Positions 42,001 to 55,800 of a DNA stretch of 64,000 nucleotides are shown piece by piece. Below the pieces are notes generated by a model. The model made no database searches and was not told the origin of the DNA. It saw nothing but the letters and a program-made list of their open reading frames with translations. The DNA lies in assembly GCA_965203295.1 (NCBI GenBank), contig CBDBCZ010000016.1, forward strand, positions 128,001 through 192,000, written 5' to 3'. Positions within the stretch are counted from its first letter, which is position 1. Every line of letters begins with the position of its first letter. Source of the stretch: Nitrospirales bacterium (GTDB taxonomy: Bacteria > Nitrospirota > Nitrospiria > Nitrospirales > UBA8639). Both the position numbers and the translations under genes were made by a program.

Positions 42001-45000
42001 CAATATAATTGTAGGGTTTGGACACACCAGTATAAGTAGTAAGATTAGTCCAATTTCACTGTTCTTGGTCTCACACTAATTCTCATAAAAAGAAACTATA
42101 CATACCATTTCTCTGACTCTATTAGCCTAGGGTTAGAACGTGTTCAAGATTTAAAAGCTCATTTATATAAGTTTCGCTGGTGTTAGTTGGTCAAATACAA
42201 TACAGTCTTAGGAAAATAGGGAAAGATTAGAAAAATTTCAGTGTTCTTGGTCTCACACAAACTCTCATAAAAAGAAACTACATACAATTCCTCTGACTTT
42301 CTTTATTAGACTAGGGTTAGAATGTGTTCAAGATTTAAAAGTTCATTTAGTTTGGTTAGTGTTAGTTGGTCAAATACAATGCAGGCTTAAGAAGATAGAA
42401 ATACAGAGGCATAAAGACCAATCTATAAAAAACAGAAAAATAGGTAAACTCACCTGTTGAATTGTAGCTTCTGTCTGAATATGTTCCTTCAGGATAATTT
42501 TCTTCACTGGATATTCTACATATTTCGGAGAAATAGTTGTCAATATAATTGTAGGGTTTGGACACACCAGTATAAGTAGTAGGATTAGTCCAATTTCAGT
42601 GTTATTGGTCTCACACTAACTCTCATAAAAAGAAACTACATACAATTTCACTGACTCTCTTTATTAGCCTAGGGTTAGAATGTGTTCAAGATTTAAAAGT
42701 TCATTTAGTTTGGTTAGTGTTAGTTGGTCAAATACAATACAGGCTTAAGAAGATAGAAATACAGAGGCATAAAGACCAACCTGTAAAAACAGAAAAATAG
42801 GTAAACTCACCTGTTGAAATGTAGCTTCTGTCTGAATATGTTCCTTCAGGTTAATTTTCTTCACTGGATATTCTACATATTTAGGAGAAATAGCTGTTAT
42901 TATAATTGTAGGGTTTGGAAACACCAGTACAAGTAGTAAGATTAGACCAATTTCAGTGTTATTGGTCTCACACTAACTCTCATAAAAAGAAACTACATAC
43001 AATTTCACTGACTCTATTTATTAGCCTAGGGTTAGAATGTGTTCAAGATTTAAAAGCTCATTTAGTTTGGTTAGTTTTAGTTGGTCAAATACAATACAGG
43101 TTTAAGAAGATAGAAATACATAGGCATAAAGATCAACCTGTAAAAACAGAAAAAATTAATAGGTAAACTCACCTGTTGAACTGTAGCTTCTGTCTGAATA
43201 TGTTCCTTCAGGTTAATTTTCTTCACTGGATATTCTACATATTTAGAAGAAATAGCTGTCAATATAATTGTAGGGTTTAGACACACCAGTATAAGTAGAA
43301 AGATTAGTCCAATTTCACTGTTCTTGGTCTCAAACTAACTCTCATAAAAAGAAACTACATACAATTTCTCTGACTTTTTTTATTAGCCTAGGGTTAGAAT
43401 GTGTTCTAGATTTTAAAGTTCATTTAGTTTGGTTAGTGTTAGTTGGTCAAATACAATAAAGGCTTAAGAAGATAGAAATACAGAGGTATAAAGACCAATC
43501 CATAAAAACAGAAAAATATGTAAACTCACCTGTTGAATTGTAGCTTCTGTCTGAATATGTTCCTTCAGGATAATTTTCTTCACTGGATATTCTACATATT
43601 TAGGAGAAATAGTTGTCAATATAATTGTAGGGTTTGGACACACCAGTATAAGTAGTAAGATTAGTCCAATTTCACTGTTCTTGGTCTCACACTAATTCTC
43701 ATAAAAAGAAACTATACATACCATTTCTCTGACTCTATTAGCCTAGGGTTAGAACGTGTTCAAGATTTAAAAGCTCATTTATATAAGTTTCGCTGGTGTT
43801 AGTTGGTCAAATACAATACAGTCTTAGGAAAATAGGGAAAGATTAGAAAAATTTCAGTGTTCTTGGTCTCACACAAACTCTCATAAAAAGAAACTACATA
43901 CAATTCCTCTGACTTTCTTTATTAGACTAGGGTTAGAATGTGTTCAAGATTTAAAAGTTCATTTAGTTTGGTTAGTGTTAGTTGGTCAAATACAATGCAG
44001 GCTTAAGAAGATAGAAATACAGAGGCATAAAGACCAACCTATAAAAAACAGAAAAATAGGTAAACTCACCTGTTGAATTGTAGCTTCTGTCTGAATATGT
44101 TCCTTCAGGATAATTTTCTTCACTGGATATTCTACATATTTAGGAGAAATAGTTGTCAATATAATTGTAGGGTTTGGACACACCAGTATAAGTAGTAAGA
44201 TTAGTCCAATTTCAGTGTTATTGGTCTCACACTAATTCTCATAAAAAGAAACCATACATACCATTTCTCTGACTCTATTAGCCTAGGGTTAGAACGTGTT
44301 CAAGATTTAAAAGCTCATTTATATAAGTTTCGCTGGTGTTAGTTGGTCAAATACAATAAAGTCTTAGGAAAATAGGGAAAGATTAGAAAAATTTCAGTGT
44401 TCTTGGTCTCACACAAACTCTCATAAAAAGAAACTACATACAATTCCTCTGACTTTCTTTATTAGACTAGGGTTAGAATGTGTTCAAGATTTAAAAGTTC
44501 ATTTAGTTTGGTTAGTGTTAGTTGGCCAAATACAATGCAGGCTTAAGAAGATAGAAATACAGAGGCATAAAGACCAACCTATAAAAAACAGAAAAATAGG
44601 TAAACTCACCTGTTGAATTGTAGCTTCTGTCTGAATATGTTCCTTCAGGATAATTTTCTTCACTGGATATTCTACATATTTAGGAGAAATAGTTGTCAAT
44701 ATAATTGTAGGGTTTGGACACACCAGTGTAAGTAGTAAGATTAGTCCAATTTCACTGTTCTTGGTCTCACACTAATTCTCATAAAAAGAAACTATACATA
44801 CCATTTCTCTGACTCTTTTAGCCTAGGGTTAGAATGTGTTCAAGATTTAAAAACTCATTTATATTAGTTTCGCTGGTGTTAGTTGGTCAAATACAATACA
44901 GTCTTAGGAAAATAGGAAAAGATTAGCAAAATTTCAGTGTTCTTGGTCTCACACTAACTCTCATAAAAAGAAACTACATACAATTCCTCTGACTTTCTTT

Positions 45001-48000
45001 ATTAGACTAGGGTTAGAATGTGTTCAAGATTTAAAAGTTCATTTAGTTTGGTTAGTGTTAGTTGGTCAAATACAATGCAGGCTTAAGATGATAGAAATAC
45101 AGAGGCATAACGACCAACCTATAAAAAACAGAAAAATAGGTAAACTCACCAGTTGAATTGTAGCTTCTGTCTGAATATGTTCCTTCAGGATAATTTTCTT
45201 CACTGGATATTCTACATATTTAGGAGAAATTGTTGTCAATATAATTGTAGGGTTTGGACACACCAGTATAAGTAGTAAGATTAGTCCAATTTCACTGTTC
45301 TTGGTCTCAAACTAACTCTCATAAAAAGAAACTACATACCATTTCTCTGACTTTCTTTATTAGCCTAGGGTTAGAATGTGTTCTAGATTTAAAAGTTCAT
45401 TTAGGTCGGCTGGTGTTAGTTGGTTAAATATAATACAGGCTTAAGGAAGATAAGGTAAGCTTAGTACAATTTCAGAGTTGTTGGTCTCACACTAACACTC
45501 TCATCAAAAGAAACTTGATACCAATTCTCTGACTCTTTATTAGCCTAGGTTTAGAATGTGTTCAAGATTTAAAAGCTCATTTAGTTTGGTTAGTTTTAGT
45601 TGGTCAAATACAATAAAGGCTTAAGAAGATAGAAATACTGAGGCATAAAAACCAACCTGTTAAAAAAAGAAAAATAGCTAAACTCACCTGCTGAATTGTA
45701 GTTTCTGTCTGAATATGTTCCTTCAGGTTAATTTTCTTCACTGGATATTCAACATATTTAGGAGAAATAGTTGTCAATATAATTGTAGGGTTTGGACACA
45801 CCAGTATAAGTAGTAAGATTAGTTCAATTTCACTGCTCTTGGTCTCTCACTAACTCTCATAAAAAGAAACTACATACCATTTCTCTGACTCTCTTTATTA
45901 GCCTAGGGTTAGAATGTGTTCCAGATTTAAAAGCTCATTTAGTATGGCTGGTGTTAGTTGGTCAAATACAATACAGGCTTAGGAAGATAGGGAAAGTTTA
46001 GCAAAATTTCAGTGTTCTTGGTCTCACACTAACACTCTCATCAAAAGAAAATAGTGGCCATTTTTCTGACTTGCTTCAATAGCCTAGGATTACATTGTGT
46101 TCAAGATTTAAAAGTTCATTTAGTTTGGTTAGTGTTAGTTGGTCAAATACAATAAAGGCTTAAGAAGATAGAAATACAGAGGCATAAAGACCAACCTGTA
46201 AAAAACAGAAAAATAGGTAAACTCACCTGCTGAATTGTAGCTTCTGTCTGAATATGTTCCTTCAGGTTAATTTTCTTTACTGGATATTCAACATATTTAG
46301 GAGAAATAGTTGTCAATATAATTGTAGGGTTTGGACACACCAGTATAAGTAGTAAGATTAGTTCCATTTCACTGCTCTTGGTCTCTCACTAACTCTCATG
46401 AAAAGAAATTGTAGATACCATTTTTCTGACGCTATTAGCCTAGTGTTAGAATGTGTTCAAGATTTAAAAGCTCATTTATATTAGTTTCGCTGGTGTTAGT
46501 TGGTCAAATACATTACAGTCTTACGGAAATAGGGAAAGATTAGCAAAATTACAGTATTCTTGGTCTCACACTAACACTCTCATAAAAAGAAACTAGATAC
46601 CATTGTTCTGACTTGCTTCATTAGCCTAGGATTACAATGTGTTCAAGATTTAAAAGCTCTTTTAGTTTGGTTAGTTTTAGTTGGTCAAATACAATACAGG
46701 CTTAAGAAGATAGAAATACAGAGGTATAAAGACCAACCCATAAAAATAGAAAAATAGGTAAACTCACCTGTTGAACTGTAGCTTCTGTCTGAATATGTTC
46801 CTTCAGGTTAATTTTCTTCACTGGATATTCTACAAATTTAGGAGAAATAGCTGTCAATATAATTGTAGGGTTTGGACACACCAGTATAAGTAGTAAGATT
46901 AGTCCAATTTTACTGTTCTTGATCTCAAACTAAGTCTCATAAAAAGAAACTACATACAATTTCTCTGACTTTCTTTATTAGCCTAGGGTTAGAATGTGTT
47001 CTAGATTTTAAAGTTCATTTAGTTTGGTTAGTGTTAGTTGGTCAAATACAATAAAGTCTTAAGAAGATAGAAATACAGAGGTATAAAGACCAATCCATAA
47101 AAACAGAAAAATATGTAAACTCACCTGTTGAATTGTAGCTTCTGTCTGAATATGTTCCTTCAGGATAATTTTCTTCACTGGATATTCTACATATTTAGGA
47201 GAAATAGTTGTCAATATAATTGTAGGGTTTGGACACACCAGTATAAGTAGTAAGATTAGTCCAATTTCACTGTTCTTGGTCTCACACTAATTCTCATAAA
47301 AAGAAACTATACATACCATTTCTCTGACTCTATTAACCTAGGGTTAGAACGTGTTCAAGATTTAAAAGCTCATTTATATAAGTTTCGCTGGTGTTAGTTG
47401 GTCAAATACAATACAGTCTTAGGAAAATAGGGAAAGATTAGAAAAATTTCAGTGTTCTTGGTCTCACACAAACTTTCATAAAAAGAAACTACATACAATT
47501 CCTCTGACTTTCTTTATTAGACTAGGGTTAGAATGTGTTCAAGATTTAAAAGTTCATTTAGTTTGGTTAGTGTTAGTTGGTCAAATACAATGCAGGCTTA
47601 AGAAGATAGAAATACAGAGGCATAAAGACCAACCTATAAAAAACAGAAAAATAGGTAAACTCACCTGTTGAATTGTAGCTTCTGTCTGAATATGTTCCTT
47701 CAGGATAATTTTCTTCACTGGATATTCTACATATTTAGGAGAAATAGTTGTCAATATAATTGTAGGGTTTGGACACACCAGTGTAAGTAGTAAGATTAGT
47801 CCAATTTCACTGTTCTTGGTCTCACACTAATTCTCATAAAAAGAAACTATACATACCATTTCTCTGACTTTCTTTATTAGCCTAGGTTTAGAATGTGTTC
47901 TAGATTTTAAAGTTCATTTAGTTTGGTTAGTGTTAGTTGGTCAAATACAATAAAGGCTTAAGAACATAGAAATACAGAGGTATAAAGACCAATCCATAAA

Positions 48001-51000
48001 AACAGAAAAATATGTAAACTCACCTGTTGAATTGTAGCTTCTGTCTGAATATGTTCCTTCAGGATAATTTTCTTCACTGGATATTCTACATATTTAGGAG
48101 AAATAGTTGTCAATATAATTGTAGGGTTTGGACACACCAGTATAAGTAGTAAGATTAGTCCAATTTCACTGTTCTTGGTCTCACACTAATTCTCATAAAA
48201 AGAAACTATACATACCATTTCTCTGACTCTATTAGCCTAGGGTTAGAACGTGTTCAAGATTTAAAAGCTCATTTATATAAGTTTCGCTGGTGTTAGTTGG
48301 TAAAATACAATACAGTCTTAGGAAAATAGGGAAAGATTAGAAAAATTTCAGTGTTTTTGGTCTCACACAAACTCTCATAAAAAGAAACTACATACAATTT
48401 CTCTGACTTTCTTTATTAGACTAGGGTTAGAACGTGTTCAAGATTTAAAAGTTCATTTAGTTTGGTTAGTGTTAGTTGGTCAAATACAATGCAGGCTTAA
48501 GAAGATAGAAATACAGAGGCATAAAGACCAACCTATAAAAAACAGAAAAATAGGTAAACTCACCTGTTGAATTGTAGCTTCTGTCTGAATAAGTTCCTTC
48601 AGGATAATTTTCTTCACTGGATATTCTACATATTTAGGAGAAATAGTTGTCAATATAATTGTAGGGTTTGGACACACCAGTGTAAGTAGTAAGATTAGTC
48701 CAATTTCCTTGTTCTTGGTCTCACACTAATTCTCATAAAAAGAAACTATACATACCATTTCTCTGACTCTTTTAGCCTACGGTTAGAATGTGTTCAAAAT
48801 TTAAAAACTCATTTATATTAGTTTCGCTGGTGTTAGTTTGTCAAATACAATACAGTCTTAGGAAAATAGGAAAAGATTAGCAAAATTTCAGTGTTCTTGG
48901 TCTCACACTAACTCTCATAAAAAAAACTACATACAATTCCTCTGACTTTCTTTATTAGACTAGGGTTAGAATGTGTTCAAGATTTAAAAGTTTATTTAGT
49001 TTGGTTAGTGTTAGTTGGTCAAATACAATGAGGCTTAAGAAGATAGAAATACAGAGGCATAAAGACCAACCTTTAAAAAACAGAAAAATAGGTAAACTCA
49101 CCTGTTGAATTGTAGCTTCTGTCAGAATATGTTCCTTCAGATTAATTTTCTTCACTGGATATTCTACATATTTAGGATAAATAGTTGTCAATATAATTGT
49201 AGGGTTTGGACACACCAGTACAAGTAGTAAGATTAGTTCTATTTCACTGTTCTTGGTCTCTCACTAACTCTCACAAAAAGAAACTACATACCATTTCTCT
49301 GACTTTCTTTATTAGCCTAGGGTTAGAATGTGTTCTAGATTTAAAAGCTCATTTAGGTCAGCTGGTGTTAGTTGGTTAAATATAATACAGGCTTAAGGAA
49401 GATAAGGTAAGCTTAGTACAATTTCAGAGTTGTTGGTCTCACACTAACACTCTCATCAAAAGAAACTAGATACCAATTCTCTGACTCTCCTTATTAGCCT
49501 AGGTTTAGAATGTGTTCAAGATTTAAAAGCTCATTTAGTTTGGTTAGTTTTAGTTGGTCAAATACAATAAAGGCTTAAGAAGATAGAAATACTGAGGCAT
49601 AAAAACCAACCTGTTAAAAACAAAAAAATAGGTAAACTCACCTGCTGAATTGTAGCTTCTGTATGAATATGTTCCTTCAGGTTAATTTTCTTCACAGGAT
49701 ATTCTACATATTTAGGGGAAATAGCTGTCAATATAATTGTAGGGTTTGGACACACAAGTATAAGTAGTAAGATTAGTCCAATTTCACTGTTCTTGGTCTC
49801 TCACTAACTCTCATAAAAAGAAACTACATACCATTTCTCTGACTCTCTTTATTAGCCTAGGGTTAGAATGTGTTCCAGATTTAAAAGCTCATTTAGTATG
49901 GCTGGTGTTAGTTGGTCAAATACAATACAGGCTTAGGAAGATAGGGAAAGTTTAGCAAAATTTCAGTGTTCTTGGTCTCACACTAACACTCTCATCAAAA
50001 GAAACTAGTGGCCATTTTTCTGACTTGCTTCATTAGCTTAGGATTACATTGTGTTCAAGATTTAAAAGTTCATTTAGTTTGGTTAGTGTTAGTTGGTCCA
50101 ATACAATAAAGGCTTAAGAAGATAGAAATACAGAGGCATAAAGACCAACCTGTAAAAAACAGAAAAATATGTAAACTCACCTTTTGAATTGTAGCTTCTG
50201 TCTGAATATGTTCCTTCAGGATAATTTTCTTCACTGGATATTCTACATATTTAGGAGAAATAGTTGTAAATATAATAGTAGGGTTTGGACACACCAGTAT
50301 AAGTAGTAAGATTAGTCCAATTTCACTGTTTTTGGTCTCACACTAACTCTCATAAAAAGAAACTATAGATACCATTTCTCTGACACTATTAGCCTAGGGT
50401 TAGAATGTTTTCAAGAATTAAAAGCTCATTTATATTAGTTTCGCTGGTGTTAGTTGGTCAAATACAATACAGTCTTAGGGAAATAGGGAAAGATTAGCAA
50501 AATTACAGTGTTCTTGGTCTCACACTAACACTCATCAAAAGAAACTAGATACCATTGTTCTGACTTGCTTCATTAACCTTGGATTACAATGTGTTCAAGA
50601 TTTAAAAGCTCTTTTAGTTTGGTTAGTTTTAGTTGGTTAAATACAATACAGGCTTAAGAAGATAGAAATACAGAGGCATAAAGACCAACCCATAAAAAAC
50701 AGAAAATTAGGTAATCTCACCTGTTAAATTGTAGCTTCTGTCAGAATATGTTCCTTCAGGTTAATTTTCTTCACTGGATATTCTACATATTTAGGAGAAA
50801 TAGTTGTCAATATAATTGTAGGGTTTGGACACACCAGTATAAGTAGTAAGATTAGTCCAATTTCACTGTTCTTGGTCTCAAACTAACTCTCATAAAAAAA
50901 AACTACATACAATTTCTCTGACTCTCTTTATTAGCCGAGGGTTAGAATGTGTTCAAGATTTAAAAGCTCATTTAGTTTTACTGGTGTTAGTTGGTCAAAT

Positions 51001-51830
51001 ACAATACAGGCTTAAGGAAGATAAGGTAAGCTTAGTACAATTTCAGAGTTGTTGGTCTTACACTAACACTCTCATCAAAAGAAACTAGATACCATTGTTC
51101 TGACTTGCTTCATTAGCCTAGGATTACAATGTGTTCAAGATTTAAAAGTTCATTTAGTTTGGTTAGTGTTAGTTGGTCAAATACAATAAAGGCTTAAGAA
51201 GATTCTTTATTAGCCTAGGTTTAGAATGTGTTCTAGATTTTAAAGTTCATTTAGTTTGGTTAGTGTTAGTTGGTCAAATACAATAAAGGCTTAAGAACAT
51301 AGAAATACAGAGGTATAAAGACCAATCCATAAAAATTTCAGTGTTCTTGGTCTCACACTAACACTCTCATCAAAAGAAACTAGTGGCCATTTTTCTGAAA
51401 CAGAAAAATATGTAAGCTCATTTAGTATGGCTGGTGTTAGTTGGTCAAATACAATACAGGCTTAGGAAGATAGGGAAAGTTTAGCAAAATTTCAGTGTTC
51501 TTGGTGTCACACTAACACTCTCATCAAAAGAAACTAGTGGCCATTTTTCTGACTTGCTTCATTAGCTTAGGATTACATTGTGTTCAAGATTTAAAAGTTC
51601 ATTTAGTTTGGTTAGTGTTAGTTGGTCAAATACAATAAAGGCTTAAGAAGATAGAAATACAGAGGCATAAAGACCAACCTGAAAAAACAGAAAAATATGT
51701 AAACTCACCTGTTGAATTGTAGCTTCTGTCTGAATATGTTCCTTCAGGATAATTTTCTTCACTGGATATTCTACATATTTAGGAGAAATAGTTGTAAATA
51801 TAATAGCAGGGTTTGGACACACCAGTATAA
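24035..51830 (-). repeat. Complex satellite, block 2 (inverted orientation)
   Basis: Reverse complement of the same L and S modules throughout. Confidence 0.98.
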
Positions 51831-52424
51831 CGCAGGAATCGCGATGGGACGGTGTAGCAGGTCTCATGCCCTCCCAGTGTCGTGGCCTACAACCACTATA
51901 TGGGGGGAGTGGACAGAGGAGACCAGCTCAGGCAGTACTACAGAGTCAGGTGTAAAACCAGGAAAGCTTACCGGTACATCTTCTGGTTCCTCTTTGACAG
52001 CTGCATTGTCAATGCATACATCCTCCACAAGAGGTTTGTACCGGTGACAGAAATGAGCACCACGAAGGCCACAGTACGAACCTTCCGGTTACGTCTGGCT
52101 GAGGGCCTCATCGGCCAGTACTGTTCTCGGCAACGATACTGCCTCCCGAGACCAGTCCGAGATGCTGCCCAGGCCAGCCTAACACCACCTGTGAAGCGAC
52201 GCCGGGGGGAGACAGGCTCTCCTCACCATCGAGGCACTGACTGCCACTTTCCCATCAAAGGACATCGGAGTAGGTGCGTCTACTGCTGGAACATGAGAGG
52301 CCATCGGCGCATTGAAACGAACATCAGGTGCAGGCAGTGTGGGACAGCTCTTTGCGCAACAGCACAGGATCCCCCCCTTGATGGCCCATCCTGTTTCGAG
52401 CGCTATCACACGGAGTGTCTGTGA
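51831..52424 (+). pseudogene. piggyBac (PGBD4-like) transposase C-terminal fragment
   Basis: RRNRDGTV*QVSCPPSVVAYNHYMGGVDRGDQ..YRYIFWFLFD..IVNAYIL..FRLRLAEGLI plus a Cys-rich CVYC..CRQC..LC..CFERYH domain. In-frame TAG at 51855-51857, and the upstream catalytic core is missing. Confidence 0.95.
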
Positions 52425-52839
52425 GGGAGACCGCGTGATCGTACTCGTGTTATCCACCTACAAAACAGCTCTTTAAATAGCTATACATTCTTTCTGATTG
52501 CCCTTTATGACATCCTGTATATTATACCCTTTGTTCTTGTTACAATAAGTACAGGTACACACTGAACAAACATCAAACTTGTTACTTACCGTGCCTACCG
52601 TGAAATCTCGGGAAAGGTGCCGTTCTGGTTGGTTCGGTTCCTGTTCGTTCGGGATGTGACTACCACAATTCGAGAGCGCGACTTTTGTACTTTTCGAAAA
52701 TAGTAACGTGTCTGTGTAAAATTTTCTTCGATTTCAAGTTAGAGCTCGAGAAAGCCACCGGCATCAAAATCACGCGTTCTTCATGAAATCCTGTGGGCAC
52801 GTGGCGAATCATTTCCGGTTACGTACGGGCTATAATGGG
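51831..52839 (+). mobile_element. 3' part of a piggyBac transposon
   Basis: Transposase C-terminus followed by a 3' region ending GGGCTATAATGGG, then TTAA at 52840-52843. Confidence 0.92.
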
Positions 52840-55800
52840 TTAAGCCTGTATTGTATTTGACCAACTAACACCAGCCAAAATAAATGAGCTTTTAAATCTT
52901 GAACACATTCTAACCCTAGGCTAATAAAGAGAGTCAGAGAAATTGTATGTAGTTTCTTTTTATGAGAGTTAGTTTGAGACCAAGAACAGTGAAATTGGAC
53001 TAATCTTACTACTTATACTGGTGTGTCCAAACCCTACAATTATATTGACAGCTATTTCTCCTAAATATGTAGAAGATCCAGTGCAGAAAATTAACCTGAA
53101 GGAACATATTCAGACAGAAGCTACAATTCAACAGGTGAGTTTACCTATTTTTCTGTTTTTTACGGGTTGGTCTTTATGCCTCTGTATTTCTATCTTCTTA
53201 AGCCTTTATTGCATTTGACCAACTAACACTAACCAAACTAAATGAACTTTTAAATCTTCAACACATTGTAATCCTAGGCTAATGAAGCAAGTCAGAACAA
53301 TGGTATCTAGTTTCTTTTGATGAGAGTGTTAGTGTGAGACCAAGAACTCTGAAATTTTTCTAATCTTACCCTATCATCCTAAGCCTGTATTGTATTTGCC
53401 CAACTAACACCAGCCAAACTAAATGAGCTTTTAAATCTTGAACACATTCTAACCCTAGGCTAATGAAGAGAGTCAGAACAATGGTATGTAGTTTCTTTTG
53501 ATGAGAGTGTTAGTGTGAGACCAAGAACACTGAAATTTTGCTAAACTTTCCCTATCTTCCTAAGCCTGTATTGTATTTGACCGTCTAACACCAGCCATAC
53601 TAAATCAGCTTTTAAATCTAGAACACATTCTAACCCTAGGCTAATAAAGAGAGTCAGAGAATTGCTATGTAGTTTCTTTTTATGAGAGTTAGTGTGAGAC
53701 CAAGAACAGTGAAATTGAACTGATCTTACTACTTATACTGGTGTTTCCAAACCCTACAATTATATTGACAACTATTTCTCCTAAATATGTAGAATATCCA
53801 GTGAAGAAAATTATTAACCTGAAGGAACATATTCAGACAGAAGCTACAATTCAACAGATGAGTTTACCTATTTTTCTGTTTTTTACAGGTTGGTCTTTAT
53901 GCCTCTGTATTTCTATCTTCTTAAGCCTGTATTGTATTTGACCAACTAAAACTAACCAAACTAAATAAAAATTTAGATCTTGAACACATTGTAATCCTAG
54001 GCTATGGAAGCAAGTCAGAAAAATGGTATCTAGTTTCTTTTGATGAGAGTGTGTGTGAGATCAAGAACACTGAAATTTTGCTCATCTTACCCTATCTTCC
54101 TTAGCCTGTATTGTATTTGCCCAACTAACACCAGCCAAACTAAATGAGCTTTTAAATCTTGAACACATTCTAACCCTAGGCTAATAAAGAGAGTCAGAGA
54201 AATTGTAGGTAGTTTCTTTTTATGAGAGTTAGTTTAAGACCAAGAACAGCGAAATTGGACTAATCTTACTACTTATACTGGTGTGTCCAAACCCTACAAT
54301 TATATTGACAGCTATTTCTCCTAAATATGTAGAATATCCAGTGAAGAAAATTAACCTGAAGGAACATATTCAGACAGAAGCTACAATTAAACAGGTGAGT
54401 TTACATATTTTTCTGTTTTTATGGGTTGGTCTTTATACCTCTGTATTTCTATCTTCTCAAGCCTGTATTGTATTAGACCAACTAAAACTAACCAAACTAA
54501 ATGAGCTTTTAAATCTTGAACACATTGTAATCCTAGGCTAATGAAGCAAGTCAGAAAAATGGCATCTAGTTTCTTTTGATGAGAGTGTTAGTGTGAGACC
54601 AAGAACTCTGAAATTTTTCTAATCTTACCCTATCATTTTAAGCCTGTATTGTATTTGCCCAACTAACACCAGCCAAACTAAATGAGCTTTTAAATCTTAA
54701 ACACATTCTAACCCTAGGCTAAAAAGACAGTCAGAGAATTGGTATGTCGTTTCTTTTGATGAGAGTGTTAGTGTGAGACCAACAACTCTGAAATTGTACT
54801 AAGCTTACCTTATCTTCCTTAAGCCTGTATTGTATTTGACCAACTAACACCAGCCAAACTAAATGAGCTTTTAAATCTTGAACACATTCTAACCCTAGGC
54901 TAATAAAGAGAGTGAGAGAAATTGTATGTAGTTTCTTTTTATGAGAGTTAGTTTAAGACCAAGAACAGTGAGATTGGACTAATCTTACTACTTATACTGG
55001 TGTGTCCAAACCCTACAATTATATTGACAGCTATTTCTCCTAAATATGTAGAATATCCAGTGAAGAAAATTAACCTGAAGGAACATATTCAGACAGAAGC
55101 TACAATTCAACAGGTGAGTTTACCTATTTTTCTGTTTTTATGGGTTGGTCTTTATACCTCTGTATTTCTATCTTCTCAAGCCTGTATTGTATTTAACCAA
55201 CTAAAACCAACCAAACTAAATAAGCTTTAAAATCTTGAACACATTGTAATCCTAGGCTAATGAAGCAAGTCAGAAAAATGGTATCTAGTTTCTTTTGATG
55301 AGAGTGTTAGTGTGAGACCAAGAACTCTGAAATTTTTCTAATCTTACCCTATCATCCTAAGCCTGTATTGTATTTGCCCAACTAACACCAGCCAAACTAA
55401 ATGAGCTTTTAAATCTTAAACACATTCTAACCCTAGGCTAAAAACACAGTCAGAGAATTGGTATGTAGTTTCTTTTGATGAGAGTCTTAGTGTGAGACCA
55501 ACAACTCTGAAATTGTACTAAGCTTACCTTATCTTCCTTAAGCCTGTATTGTATTTGACCAACTAACACCAGCCAACCTAAATGAGCTTTTAAATCTTGA
55601 ACACATTCTAACCCTAGGCTAATAAAGAGAGTCAGAGAAATTGTATGTAGTTTCTTTTTATGAGAGTTAGTTTGAGATCAAGAACAGTGAAATTGGACTA
55701 ATCTTACTACTTATACTGGTGTGTCCAAACCCTACAATTATATTGACAGCTATTTCTCCTAAATATGTAGAATATCCAGTAAAGAAAATTAACCTGAAGG

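Noticed and set aside
51712..52457. Overlapping alternative ORFs 51712-52047 (+), 51643-51867 (-) and 52179-52457 (-)
   Set aside because: Shadow frames of the transposase fragment or satellite/transposon chimeras.
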